A stretch of DNA of 64,000 nucleotides from Chiloscyllium plagiosum. Lineage: Eukaryota. Positions 38,051 through 50,734 of this stretch are shown in pieces. Location: assembly GCF_004010195.1 (NCBI RefSeq), contig NC_057718.1, positions 75,993,843-76,057,842 of the forward strand, given 5' to 3'. Position numbers and translations under genes: made by a program. Each line of letters starts with the position of its first letter. The first letter of the stretch is position 1. The notes below the pieces were generated by a model. The model had not been told where the DNA came from and searched no databases. It was given only the letters and a program-made list of their open reading frames with translations.

Positions 38051-38948
38051 TATTGTTTTTGTTTCAAGTCTCCGATGCTGTACCAATCAGCTTAGTGATG
38101 AATTTAGAGCATGGCAACACTGCCATGGCAATGGGAGGAACATAAGACACAAACCAATGATGTAATTGTTGGTGGGTCTGACATTTCCTTGCTCTAAGTA
38201 AACTGGCTGGCAGACATGCAAAGATCTGCAATCAAAGAGTACCCAAAGAAAAAAATATGTGGGATGCAAGAATAATAGGGTGGTTATGGAAGGGGATTTT
38301 AACTTTCAAAACGTAGACTGGGACTGGCATAGTTTTAAGGAGAGGAATTTATTAAGTGTATACAAGAAAATTTTCTGATTAATACGTGGATGTACCTACG
38401 AGAGAAGGTGCAAAACTTGAACTACTCTTGGGAAATGTGGCAGTGCAGCTGACTGAGGTGTCAGTGGGGGAACACTTTGGGGACAGCAACCATAATTCTA
38501 TTAGTTTTAGAATAGTGGTGGAAAAGGACATACCAGATCTCAAAAGTTGAAGCTCTAAATTGGAGGAAGGCTAATTTTAACAGTAATAGGCAAGAACTTT
38601 CAAAAGCTGATCAGGAGCAGATATTCACAGGTAAAGGGACGGCTGGAAAAAGGGAAGTCTTCCGAAATGAGATAACGAGAGTCCAGAGACAGTATATTCC
38701 TGTTAGGGTGAAAGGAAAGGCTGGTAGGTATAGGGACTACTGGATGATTAAAGAAATCGATAGTTTGGTTAAGGAAAAGAAGGAAGAAATGTAAGGTAGA
38801 GACAAGATAGATCGAGTGAATCCTTAGAAGAGTATAAAGGCAGTAGGAGTATATTTAAGAGGGAAATCAGGAGGGCAAAAAGGGGTCATGAGATAGCTTT
38901 GGCAAATAGGGTTAAGGAAAATCCAAAGGGTTTTTACAAATACATTAA

Positions 38949-39275
38949 GGGGCAGCACAGTGGCTCAGTGGTTAGCACTGCTGCCTCACAGCACCAGGAT
39001 CCCAGGTTAGATTCCAGCCTCGGGCAACTGTCTGTGTGGAGTTTGCACATTCTCACCGTGTCTACGTGGGTTTCCTCCAGGTGCTCTGGTTTCCTCCCAC
39101 AGTCCAAAGATGTGCAGGTTAGGTGAATTGGCCATGTTAAATTGCCCATAGTGTTAGGTGCATGAGTCAGGGGTAAATGTAGGGAAATGGGTCTGGGTGG
39201 GTTGCTCTTCAGAGGGTCGGTGTGGACTTGTTGGGCCAAATGGCCCGTTTCCACACTGTAGGGAATCTAACCTAA
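38949..39275 (+). mobile_element. HE1 V-SINE
   Basis: GGGGCAGCACAGTGGCTCAGTGGTTAGC head, V-domain, tail CCACACTGTAGGGAATCTAACCTAA. Confidence 0.92.
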
Positions 39276-40848
39276 AAGAATAAGTAGGGAGAGAATAGTG
39301 CCCCTCAAAAATCAGCAAGGCAGCCTTTGTGTGGAGCCGCAGAAAATGGGAGAAGATACCAAACTAGTATTTTGCATCAGTATTTACTGTGGAAAAGCAT
39401 ATGGAAGATACACACTGTAAGGATATAGATGGTAACATCTTGCAAAATGTCCATATTATAGAGGAGGAAGTGCTGGATGTCTTGAAACACACGAAAGTCG
39501 ATAAATCCCCAGGACCTAATCAGGTGTACCCTCGAACTCTGTGGGAAGCTAGAGAAGTGATTGCTGGCCCTCTTACTGAGATATTTGTAATATCGATAGT
39601 CACAGGTAAGGTGCCAGAAGACTGGAGGTTGGCTAACGTGTTGCCACTGTTTAAGAAAGGTAGTAAAGGACAAGCCAGGGAAATATAGACCAGTGAGCCT
39701 GATGTCAGTGGTGGGAAAGTTGTTGCTGGGAATCCTGATGGACAGGATGTACATGTATTTGTAAAGGCAAGGACTGATTAGGGATAGTCAACGTGGCTTT
39801 GTATGTGGAAAATCATGTCTCACAAACTTGATTGAGTTTTCTGAAGTAACAAAAAAGATTGATGAGGACAGAGAGGTGGACGTGATCTATATGGACTTCA
39901 ATAATGCTTTCGACAAGGTTCCCCATGGGAGACTTATTAGCAAGGTTAGATCTCATGGAATACAGGTAGAACTAGCCATGTGGATACAGAACTGGCTCAA
40001 AGGTAGAAGACAGAGGGTGGTGGTGGAGGGTTGTTTTTCAGACTGGAGGCTTGTTACCAGTGGAGTGCCACAAGGATCGGTGCTGGGCCCACTACTTTCA
40101 TCATTAACTAAATTATTTGGATGTGAGCATAATAAGTATAGTTGGTAAAATTGGACATCAAAATTGGAAGTATAGTGGACAGCAAAGGAGATTACCTCAG
40201 ATTACAGTAGGATCTTGATCAGATAGCCCAATAGGCTGAGACTTGGCAGATGGAGTTTAATTTAGATAAGTGCTAGGTGCTGCATTTTGGGAAAGCAAAT
40301 CTTAGCAGGACCTATACACTGAATGGTAAGGTCCGAGGGAGTGTTGCTGAACAAAGAGACCTTGGAGTGCAGGTTCATAGCTCCTTGAAAGTGAAGTCGC
40401 AGGTAGATAGGATAGTGAAGGCGGCATTTGGTATGCTTTCTTTATTGGTCAGAGTATTCAGTACAGGAGTTGGGAGGTCATACTGTGGCTATGCAGGACA
40501 TTGGTTAGACCACTGTTGGAATATTGTGTGCAATTCTGGTCTCCTTCCTATCAGAAGGATGTTCTGAAACTTGAAAGAGTTCAGAAAAGGTTTACAAGGA
40601 TGTTGCCAGAGTTCGAGGATTTGAACGAAAGGGAGTGGTTGAGTATGGGGCTGTTTTCCCTGGAGCATCGGAGGCTGAGGGGTGACCTTCTAGAGGTTTA
40701 GAAAATCATGAGGGGCATGGATAGGGTAAACAGACAAAGTCTTTTCCCTGGGGCGGGGGAGTCCAGAACTAGAGGGCATAGGTTTAGGGTGAGAGGGGAA
40801 AGATATAAAGAGAGACCTAAGGGGCAACTTTTTCACACAAGAGGATTG

Positions 40849-41164
40849 TAGATTACATTACTTAGTGTGGAAACAGACCCTTCGGCCCAACAAGTCCACA
40901 CCAACCCTCCGAAAAGCAACCCACCCAGACCCATTCCCCTACATTTACCCTTTCACCTAACACTACTAGCAATTTAGCATGGCCAATTCAACTAACCTGC
41001 ACATTTTTGGACTGTGGGAGGAAACCAGAGCACCCGGAGGAAACCCACACAGACACGGGGAGAATGTGCAAACTCCACACAGTCAGTCGCCTGAGATGGG
41101 AATTGAACCTGGGTCTCTGGCACTGAGAGGCAGCAGTGCTATCCATTGTGCCACTGTGCTGCCC
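40849..41164 (-). mobile_element. HE1 V-SINE (one unit of a head-to-tail pair)
   Basis: Complete head, V-domain and tail; ends at GCTGCCC 41164. Confidence 0.9.
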
Positions 41165-41451
41165 CTATTCTCTACAGTGTGGAAACAGGCCCTTCGGCCC
41201 AATAAGTCCACACCGCCCCTCCGAAGAGAAACCCACCCAAACCCATTACCCTATATTTACCCTAACACACCTAACACTGTGGGCAGTTTAGCACGGCTAA
41301 TTCACCTGACCTGCACATTTGGGAGGAAACCGGAGGAAACCCACGCAGACACAGGGAGAATGTGCAAACTCCACACAGACAGGCAGGAATTGAACCCAGG
41401 ACCCTGGTGCTATGAGTCGGCAGTGCTAACCACTGAGCCACCGTGCTGCCC
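41165..41451 (-). mobile_element. HE1 V-SINE (other unit of the pair, with small internal deletions)
   Basis: Head ends GCTGCCC at 41451, after which the CR1 resumes (TGGTACATGTATGG). Confidence 0.9.
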
Positions 41452-42759
41452 TGGTACATGTATGGAATGAGTTGCCAAAGGAAGTTGTGGAGGCTAGTAC
41501 AATTGCAACATTTAAAAAGGCATCTGGATGGGTATATAAATAGGATGGGTTTGGATGGATATGGGCCAGATGGGGTTGGGATATCTAGTTTGCATGAATG
41601 GGTTGGACCGAAAGGTCTGTTTCCGCGCTGTACAGCTCTGACTCTATATAAAATGAAAAGCTGAAGGGAGAAACCCAACAGACCACAATGCCAGTTAAAA
41701 ATGAAACAAAATACATTACAAAACAGAGGCCTAGTAACATGACCAGAGAAGATGGCACTTGTTCAATGATATCAGTCTGCTCCAGTTAGCATCAGCTCTT
41801 TCCCTGTCGACCTGATATTTAGTTTACAGAAACTGAATTACCACGGGACCAATTTATTCAAGTAACTGTTTTATTTTTAAAAAGTGCAAGAAAGGCAAGA
41901 TGAAATGCGTCTGTTATTCAAATTTGAATGTAACATTGCAGAATATTGTCAATGAATTTAACAGTGCTGAAGCTTTATATATTTTTTGAAAAAAAGCAAG
42001 CTGTTCAAAGGATTAAACAAAAAAGGATAGGTGGAGATCCCCAGAGTTTCTTTTATACACAAGAAGCAGTGATCAACAACAGAAGACTTCTTTGTATTTG
42101 TTTTCTGGCAAATTCAGCATTTATTATCCACCCCCAAAAGTCCTTCTTGAACTGTTGCAGTCCATCTCAACGAGATGTATTCAAAAAGGTGTTGGGAAGG
42201 AATTCCATTTTTCTTGACCAGTGACAATAAGTCACAAAATAATCCCAAGTCAGAATCACACGTGGCTTAGAGGGGAGCTTCCAGATGCAAAGGAGCTTGT
42301 AAGTGGCACACAATACTGTCATGGTAGCAAAAGGCAGTCAATGGTAGCCAGGGTGATCATCAAGCAGGTTGATCTTATCTTGGATGGTGTGATACCTTTT
42401 GATTGTTGGTAAAGTCACACCCAGCTAGTCAAGTATAGATTACTCCACCACATTCATGATCTTTGTATTATGAATGGAGGAAAGGCTCTGGGGAGTCAGG
42501 AAGCAAGTTATTCATCAGATAGTACCCAGCTTCTGATGAGCTCATGTAGTCAGTGTTTGTATGGCAGGTACACAAAAGTCTGTCAATGATGACCCCTAGG
42601 ATGCTGATGACAAGGGATTCACAATCATAATCCTGGTGAATGTGGGCTATGGGAAGTGCAGACAATGTCACACTTGGTGAACATTTTGTCTTAGGAGGAT
42701 AAGTTGGCCAAGCCATCTTGTACCTTGACTGATATATAAAAGATCTGAAAATGGTCTCA

Positions 42760-43010
42760 ACAAGGTGGACGTGGAAAGATGTTTCCTTTTGTGGGAGAGA
42801 TTTAAGAGGCTTTGGAACTCTTCACTTCAGAAGGCCAAAAGCAGATCATTGAACATTTTTAAGACAGAAATAGATGTATTGTTAGGGAAGGGAGTCAAGG
42901 GTTAATTGGAGTTAATAAAAATGTAGAATTCAAGTTACAAATCAACAGATCAGCCATTATCTGATTGAATAGCAGGCCAGGTTACAGGGACCAAACCCTA
43001 CTTCTGCTCC
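42760..43010 (+). mobile_element. Old CR1 3' end
   Basis: GGTGGACGTGGAAAGATGTTTCC...CAGATCAGCCATTATCTGATTGAATAG...CCTACTTCTGCTCC. Confidence 0.65.
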
Positions 43011-44089
43011 TTTTTCATTATTGGCATTTTTGTATTGAAATCCCATCAGAGGGACAGTGAAGTGTCATCTATGCATTGAGCTTTGCCACATTGCCGAGTA
43101 TCGGAATCACAGAAGCCAACTCAACAGAAGCCGAATAACATTCTCCAAAAGTTTGCAATTGCATCAACCAAAAAAATTCTGATGCAAGCAAATCACTAGG
43201 GAAAAAAAAAAATCTTTCAAAAAAGCCAGTGCCACCTCCGAAACAAAACATGCTACAGCAGATGAAAAGGGGAAGGGGCAGCACTCCAGATCTTCTGCCT
43301 GCCCTGCCTTCCCACATGCCCTCTGGTCTATGCAAGACCCCACCCAGTCTCCTTTCTCCCTTCATCTCACATTAAGGTTCTCCAAGAAATTACCAACAAA
43401 AGAGGCCAATTCAGTCAATAATGCCTGTGCTGGCTCTTCAAACGTGCAGTTCCCTCACCACTCTCCTTCATGCAATCATTTTTGCTTTTCATCCTTTAAA
43501 ACAGAAAATTCCAGAACACAAAACACAAAAAACTTCTCATCTCGCCTTTGACTCTTGTTGCCTATTTACAACGATCCTCAATTTCACCCATCCCGCTCAA
43601 TTTTCTTTTTGTGATGAAGTAGCTGTCTGCTACCCTTTTAAGGGCATAAGAACAACAAACCGGAAGGTGACGACAATTCAGCAATTCCAACCTGTTTACC
43701 AATCCAATTAGATTAAGGTTGATATGCATCTTAATTCCATTTATCCACATCAATTTTAGAACACAACGTCCTCATTGAACAAAAGCTGTGCTTTAAAACA
43801 ATCTTTAACATCAGTGTGGTTGAAAATTCAGTTCTGTAGGTAGGAACAATCTTCTAATCTGATTAATTCTGTGGTGAGAGAGAATGTAGTACTGGTCAGC
43901 GATATGTAACAAAGAGGATGAGAGAAAAAGTTCAAGGAGCATTCCTAAGCTTCTCTCATGTACCACTCAGCCAAATACTTGAGAATTTGTCATGTATCCT
44001 TTCATTTTGGTCAAATTTGGTATCTCACATGGGAGAAAACGTTTTAATAAATTAATCCATTATTTCAATAACACCTTAATACAAAATTA

Positions 44090-44589
44090 NNNNNNNNNNN
44101 NNNNNNNNNNNNNNNNNNNNNNNNNNNNNNNNNNNNNNNNNNNNNNNNNNNNNNNNNNNNNNNNNNNNNNNNNNNNNNNNNNNNNNNNNNNNNNNNNNNN
44201 NNNNNNNNNNNNNNNNNNNNNNNNNNNNNNNNNNNNNNNNNNNNNNNNNNNNNNNNNNNNNNNNNNNNNNNNNNNNNNNNNNNNNNNNNNNNNNNNNNNN
44301 NNNNNNNNNNNNNNNNNNNNNNNNNNNNNNNNNNNNNNNNNNNNNNNNNNNNNNNNNNNNNNNNNNNNNNNNNNNNNNNNNNNNNNNNNNNNNNNNNNNN
44401 NNNNNNNNNNNNNNNNNNNNNNNNNNNNNNNNNNNNNNNNNNNNNNNNNNNNNNNNNNNNNNNNNNNNNNNNNNNNNNNNNNNNNNNNNNNNNNNNNNNN
44501 NNNNNNNNNNNNNNNNNNNNNNNNNNNNNNNNNNNNNNNNNNNNNNNNNNNNNNNNNNNNNNNNNNNNNNNNNNNNNNNNNNNNNNNNN
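44090..44589. other. Assembly gap (500 N)
   Basis: Run of exactly 500 N. Confidence 1.
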
Positions 44590-45215
44590 TCGAAACCTGA
44601 CATATGCTTCCTTCTTTTTCTTAACTAAACCCTCAATTTCTTTAGTCAGCCAGCATTCCCTATATCTACGAGCCTTTCCTTTCACCCTGACAGGAATATA
44701 CTTTCTCTGGATTCTTGTTATCTCATTTTTGAAGGCTTCCCATTTTCCAGCCATCCCTTTACCTGCGAACATCTGCCTCCAATCAGCTTTTGAAAGTTCT
44801 TGCCTAATACCGTCAAATCCTCTCAATCCACTGACCAATAAAGGAAAGTATACCAAATGCGTTCTTCACTATCCTATGTACCCGTGACTCCATTTTCAAG
44901 GAACTATGAACCTGCACATGAAGGATGGTTTTGTTCAGCATCATTCCCCAGGATCTTATAACTAATTGTCTAAGTCTTGCTCCGAATTGCCTTTCCAAAA
45001 TGCAGCACCTCACATTTATCTAAATTAAACTCCATCTGCCACTTCTCAGCCCATTGACCCATCTGATCAAGATCCCTTTGTACTCTGAAGTAATCTGCTT
45101 CACTGTCCATTACACCTCCAATTTTGGGGTCATATGTACACTTACTAACCATACCTCCTATGTTCACATCCAAACCATACGTATGACGAAAAGCAGCAAC
45201 CCTTGTGGCACACCA
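44590..45215 (-). mobile_element. Two abutting CR1 pieces (young 44590-44817; RT piece 44818-45215)
   Basis: FDGIRQELSKADWRQMFAGKG...EAYVR (endonuclease-RT linker) directly follows LDQMGQWAEKWQMEFNLDKCEVLHFG...AFGILSFIGQ on the minus strand. Confidence 0.85.
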
Positions 45216-46399
45216 ATGCTCAGTCCTCCAGCTGAAACTCTAATCTCCTTAAGAAACTTCACAGCCTCCCTCAAAATCACAGGTTTAAAAAAAAAAATCG
45301 TGTTATGGTCAGAGAGAATGATTGGGAACCCTCTGTTCATACGGTCCACCGAGATGGTACTTTTAGCTCATCAAGGCATACCGTTCCTTGATTCTTCATC
45401 TCCAGATACTTTCACTTGTTTGCAGGTTGCATGTGATTGGTTCCCTCTGAAAAAATGAATTTGACTGATCAAGTAAAAGTCACTCCTTTTGGCAATTAAA
45501 AAAAAAGGGAAATAAGCTGGATATCTTCAGACTTGACCTTTTTCTAAAGATTAACACCGGTATAAAAAAAGCTCCTCCTCAACTCTGGCTGTTTCTGCCA
45601 AAACACCCCAATACCACCAAAAAAAAATCAAATTTTGTGTATTGACCAGATTGTAGGTGAGAAAATGGTGTATTTTGAAAGCTGCAATTGGCATTGATAT
45701 TGGATATTAATGACTTCCAGGCATGAAGCCTGATATAATGGATAATTTCCCAATTACAGTGTGCTGCACTCAGACAATATAGCACAGGAAGACATTAAAT
45801 TTATTTTAGAGAAAATAAACTGAGTGTCCCACTTATCCATTTTTCAACAAAGCCATGTAAATGGTTCCTTTTAAAATATCTAGTTTACTCTTTCAAAATC
45901 TATTGATATGCATTCCACCAGTTTTCCAAGTAAAGCAATCCTGATAACTAACATTTACACAAAATATTCTCATCTCTCACTCATTTCTTTTTAAACCAAC
46001 TAAGCCCAAGTCCTTCCGTTACTTATCTTTCTAAAGAAATCATTTCATTCCCATATGTGTCAAAAATCTTCACAACGTTTAACAGCGAATAGATAGTGAG
46101 ACATTTGTACATGACTGCTCACCAGTGGAAAGCCACAAAAAGACCCCATTTCTGAATCAACAAAACAAAAAACTGAAATCAATGTAGATTCTATTTCTAC
46201 TATATTAAGACATTTGCACTGATTCAAAAAGCCTCGTATCACTCGCAAAGGTGAACAAATTAAACCTTTGACTTTATAAAGCACGAAACAAAATCCCAAA
46301 ATCCTTAAGCAAAACCAAAACAGTTTGCAAGCATTCAAGCTATTTGTTCCAAAAAAATTACTTGCATTTCAGCTAGGAGCCATCAATCAGATACTGACA

Positions 46400-46910
46400 C
46401 TCCAACTCTTAACCTTTGGTCAACTCGCAGCTGCTAATACTTGGCTTTTATCCCGCGTTTCAAGCGGTTTCTTTGTACTTTGAGACTTTTACTTAAAGTT
46501 GAAAATATGCTGTTTACCTAACAATCTGGGTACAGCTGTGCGTTAGTACATCGTTTGCTCGCGTCTGGGAACTAGATTAAGCATGTCGAAATTTTCACTC
46601 CCTCAAAAGGCTGTCGAACTTCAACGATTAGCAAGCTTCAGTCCAGTTTCTAGATATCTCCTACCTGCTGCCGTTCAGAAATCTTAAAAAGGGAACCATT
46701 CAGGAAGTAAGTCTGGAGAACATCGCTGCTCCAGTTGTAGTGCTTCCTGGTTACCGGGTGCAAAGTAGAAAAATGTTCCACACCCTCTTTCTCCCTCTGA
46801 TAACCACACAGTAATTACTGACGGCTCAGATTTCAGGCCAGCCATCCCATTACATCACTGAAAGGTCTTCAGTCTTGTTTTTATAGATTCACTGTCATAC
46901 GGAAGAGTCG
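46400..46910 (-). promoter_or_regulatory. CpG-enriched unique island; candidate MYO6 alternative promoter/5' non-coding exon or enhancer
   Basis: About 17 CpGs by hand count in about 500 bp versus about 1 in 45450-45950. Minus-strand donor CAG|GTAGGA at 46665/46664; ETS-like, CACCC, GATA and RUNX-like motifs at 46701-46808. Confidence 0.4.
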
Positions 46911-47484
46911 AGCTAATACACTTTGCCTGAAGCTTTTGTTAAATTGTTACTATGGATACCAGGGTGCAATGTGAAAGATTTATGACTCCAAACACAAACT
47001 ATCGAAGGCGCAAAGAATTCAGCATCATTTCTAAATCTCACCAATGGAGAGAAGCCAGCTTGTTCAATTAGGTCTAAACATTGCACAGTTAATTGTTCGG
47101 GGTTTGTGCTGAGCTTCCAGAAATACTTGTTAAACATGTAAAACTGTCAGCTCAGACCTTCAGTCATTGACAAGGTTAGTGTATAGAACAATATGGACTT
47201 CAGTACAAAAATGTTAGGTTAATTGTAAGACTATTTTACACAAAAAAAATGTAAAACATATTTATAAGCTACGTACAATTTTGTAGGTCCTAAACAAGGT
47301 CAAAGGAGAGACAGAAAGATAGTGAGAAGGCAAGGTCTCAACTTAGATAGGGAGGTGTTATAAATGGGAGTTTATCTTGTATTCTTCACTGAATCCCAAG
47401 CACATTAATTTTACAACAACTACCCCTCTTCACTTGTTACTAGTATCCTAGAACATGGGATTTTGTTTCAATGTTGAAATCCAA

Positions 47485-48295
47485 TAGAATCATCGAGATA
47501 TACAGCACAGAAACAGACCCTTTGGTCCAATTCATGTATGTAGACCAGAAAAATCAAGTCCCATTTGTCAGCATTTGTCCCATATCCCTCTAAACCCTTC
47601 TTATTCATATGCCCATCCATATGCCTTTGAGGTTATAATTATACCAGTCTCCACTTCTGGCAGATCATTCCATAAACGCATCACCCTCTGCATGAAACGT
47701 TGCCCCTTAGGTCCCTTTTAAATCTTTCCCCTCTCACCTTAAACCTATGCTATATAGTTCTGGACTCCCCCAATTCCAGGGAAAAGACCTTGGCCATTTA
47801 CCATATCCATGCCCCTCACAATTTTACAAACCTTGATAAGGTAACCCCTCCACCTCCAATGCTCCAGGGAAAATAGCCTCAGTCTATTCAGCCTTTCCCT
47901 ATAGCTAAAACCCTCCAACACTGGCAACATCCTTGCAAATCTTTTCTGATTTCTTTTAATGTTTCACAACACCCTTCCCATGGCAGGGATACCAGAATTG
48001 CATGTAGTATTCCAAAAGCGGCCTAACCAATGTCCTACACAGCCACAATGTGACCATCCAACTCCTTTATTCAATGCTCTGACCAATAAAGGAAAGCATA
48101 CCAAACACCCTCTTCACTATCCTGTCCACCTGCAGTTCCTTGAAAATGGAGTTATGAACTTTGTTCAGCAACACTCCCCAAACACTCCCCATTAAGTGGA
48201 TCAGTCCTGCCCTGATTTGCCTTTCCAAAATACAGCACTGCACACTTATCTAAATTAAACTCCATCTGCCACTCCTTGGCCCATTGGCTGATCTT
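47485..48295 (-). mobile_element. CR1/HER1 3' portion
   Basis: ORF 47745-47930 (MLPVLEGFSYRERLNRLRLFSLE...KIVRGMD) and a 3'UTR like that at 9560-9626. Confidence 0.87.
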
Positions 48296-48689
48296 GGCAT
48301 TCTGGTGTACAACTTTAGAACTGTACTAAAAAAAGTATCTGAAAACAATATAAAAAAAAAACTTTGCTCAACTAAGCTGTATGCGCTGAAGGACTAGCTT
48401 AAGATATGAATATATATACACACACAAAGCTAGAAGCAAACTTCTAAACCTCTTTCAGCAGACTGACTAGAAAGGAAAATAAACCTAACTCCAGGTGAAA
48501 AGGAAGCCCAAATTTCAGTCCATTCCAATCTAACCCAACAAGATCAAAATAACCTAAGTGGAAGGTTGATTTGTGAAGGTGTTGAGAGAGCAATTCCATC
48601 AAATTCTTAAAATGGACAAAACACTATAGTAAAACATTACTCTCAATACTGCACAAATTAGCAGTTTCACTTATTCAGAATATTAAAAC

Positions 48690-49990
48690 CATAAAATCAT
48701 GAGAAAGGAGCAGAATTTACCCATTGAGTCCCCTCCATTTGATTATGACTGAAATGTTTCTCAACTCCCTTCTCCTGCTCTCTCTCCATAATCCTTGGTC
48801 CCCTTACTAATCAAGAACCTGTCAATGTTTGTCTTAAAGATGCTCAATGACTTGGCAATGCGTTCCATAGATTCATCACTCTGCCTCAAGAAATTTCTCA
48901 TCTCAGTTCTACAGAGTCATCCCTTCACAGAAGCTGTGCTCTCAGGTGCTAGTCTCTCCTAATAGTCAGTCCTGATATAACGCATTAGTTCCATTCTTCT
49001 GTGATTTCACGTTAAGAAAATTGTGCAATAGCCACACCATTTAAATTAATGAGGCTGGAATCGCATTGTAGCCAATACAGGTAAGGAAAGTTTGCACTGT
49101 GCAATAACAGTCTGAAATCTGCAATCATATTAAAGCCAATTCTCATTGAAGTACACATTATAGCAAAGCAAACTGTAATGAAAACATCTTCTCCAAGTTC
49201 ACTCTATCCAGGCCTCTCAGTATTCAGTAAGTTTCAATGAGATCCCCCACATCCTTCTAAATTTCATCAAATACAGACCCAGAATCCTCAACCACAAGCC
49301 CTTAATTCCCAGGATCATCCTTGTGAACCTCCTCTCAATCCCCTCCAATGCCAACACTTCCTTCCTTAGGTACAGGGCCAAAAGCTCCTCACAATATTCC
49401 AAATGTGGTCTGACCAGAGCCTTTTACAACCACAGCAGTACACATCCCTACTCTTATATTCAAGCAGTTTTGAAATGCATGTTAACATTGCATTTGCCTT
49501 CCTAACTGCCAACTGAATCTGCATGCTAACCGTAAAAGAATCCTGAACTAGGACTCAATTCCACTGTGCTTTAGATTTCCAAAACCTTTTTCCCCATTTA
49601 GAAAATACGCCTTTATTCTTTCTATCAAAGTGCATAACCTCAAACTTTCCCATATTGTATTCCATTTACCACTTTGTCCATTTACTCATGTCTAATTCTT
49701 CCTGCAGCCCCCCAGCTTCTTCAAAACTAAATTACCCCTCCACCTGTCTATATGTCATCTGCCTCCTTTGCAGCACCTTGTCAAAGAACTTCTGGAGATC
49801 CAAATAGATCACATTCACTGGCTCTCCTTTGTCTAACTTACTAATTATCTCTGAAAGAATTCTACCAGATAGGTCAGGTATGACTTCCCCTTGACAAAGC
49901 TGTGCTGACCTAGTCCCATTTTGCCATGCACTTCCAAGTACTCCATAATCTCATCCTTAATAATGAACTCTAAAATCTTACCAATATTAA
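48690..49990 (-). mobile_element. CR1 3' portion interrupted by a MITE
   Basis: ORFs 49217-49402 (LALEGIERRFTRMI) and 49845-50063 (GKILEFIIKDEI...QHSFVKGKS); same subfamily as 30195-32310. Confidence 0.83.
48963..49175. mobile_element. Tc1/mariner (Tigger/pogo-like) MITE, 213 bp
   Basis: Imperfect terminal inverted repeats TAGTCAGTCCTGATATAACGC / ACATTATAGCAAAGCAAACTG followed by TA. It interrupts the CR1 phrase TCTCTCCTA...TGAAAACATC, which is uninterrupted near 30470. Confidence 0.65.
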
Positions 49991-50734
49991 GAAAAGGTGG
50001 CTGTAGAAAGTAAGGGTCAGGGTCTAAGAGAGAAGAATTCATTTGGTACTGGCTTGCCTTCATTTAAGTATATCGCAAGAGTCTTGTACAATTCAGTTCA
50101 CAATTCACCATACAGAACTGTAAAAGAGGAAAATGAATCTAGTTTCCTTCATTGATACCCTGCATCTTTAGCTACAAAAAAATTGAATACGTACATCTAA
50201 AGTGGTCATATTTTAGATGCAAAAAAAAAAACTCTAGAAAAATTTAAAATCTTAATTCAACTATTTTGAGAGACTTGGTTCAGTTGTAGAAATTTTGTCA
50301 GATTAAGACACCCTCCCAGAAACCTAAACATATAAAGTGCCACTTCAGTGAAGTGCTAAGGGAGCCCTGGACACACTGAGCTGCTGACTTGTGGATAAGA
50401 GTTCCAGCAGCTCTCATGAGGCAGTCAGTACTAGAAATGGAACTGAACATTTACACAGGATATGGAGTTGGGAATTCAAACCAAGGTCAAGCAAGAGACT
50501 GGAGGTTACAAATAGTTTGGGTGAATCTGAAACGCCAAAATAGCGTTTGAGACAGGATCCAAAAGACAATAGCTCACTTTCCAAAACATTTAAGGGGAGG
50601 AAGCTATAGTTCAAAGATTGGCTTCACAGGCACAGACTGACAGCACAGAAATAGTAGTGGAGAGGTTGAGTTGGCAACCGAATGGAAACTGGCCTCGTGT
50701 GTAGACAACATCACTAAGTGGCAGTGTGCAACAT

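Larger units (their letters stand above)
38270..41648 (+). mobile_element. Longest CR1/HER1 copy (endonuclease C-terminus to 3' end; frameshifted), with three HE1 SINE insertions
   Basis: ORFs 39389-39688 (DKSPGP...PEDWRLANVLPLFKKG), 39828-40148 (DVIYMDFNNAFDKVPH...SGVPQGSVLGP) and 40501-40701 (LEYCVQFWSP); terminal CTCTGACTCTAT. Confidence 0.93.

Noticed and set aside
11531-41451. Inverted HE1 pairs flanking the MYO6 ATG exon driving circRNA formation
   Set aside because: The copies are 9-20 kb from a 146-nt exon and have closer competing partners in the same intron; there is no direct support.
38270-41648. Active autonomous CR1
   Set aside because: It is 5'-truncated, has multiple stops and frameshifts, and carries three SINE insertions.
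43992-44856. Long ORFs of 175-263 aa
   Set aside because: Artefacts of translating through the 500-N gap.
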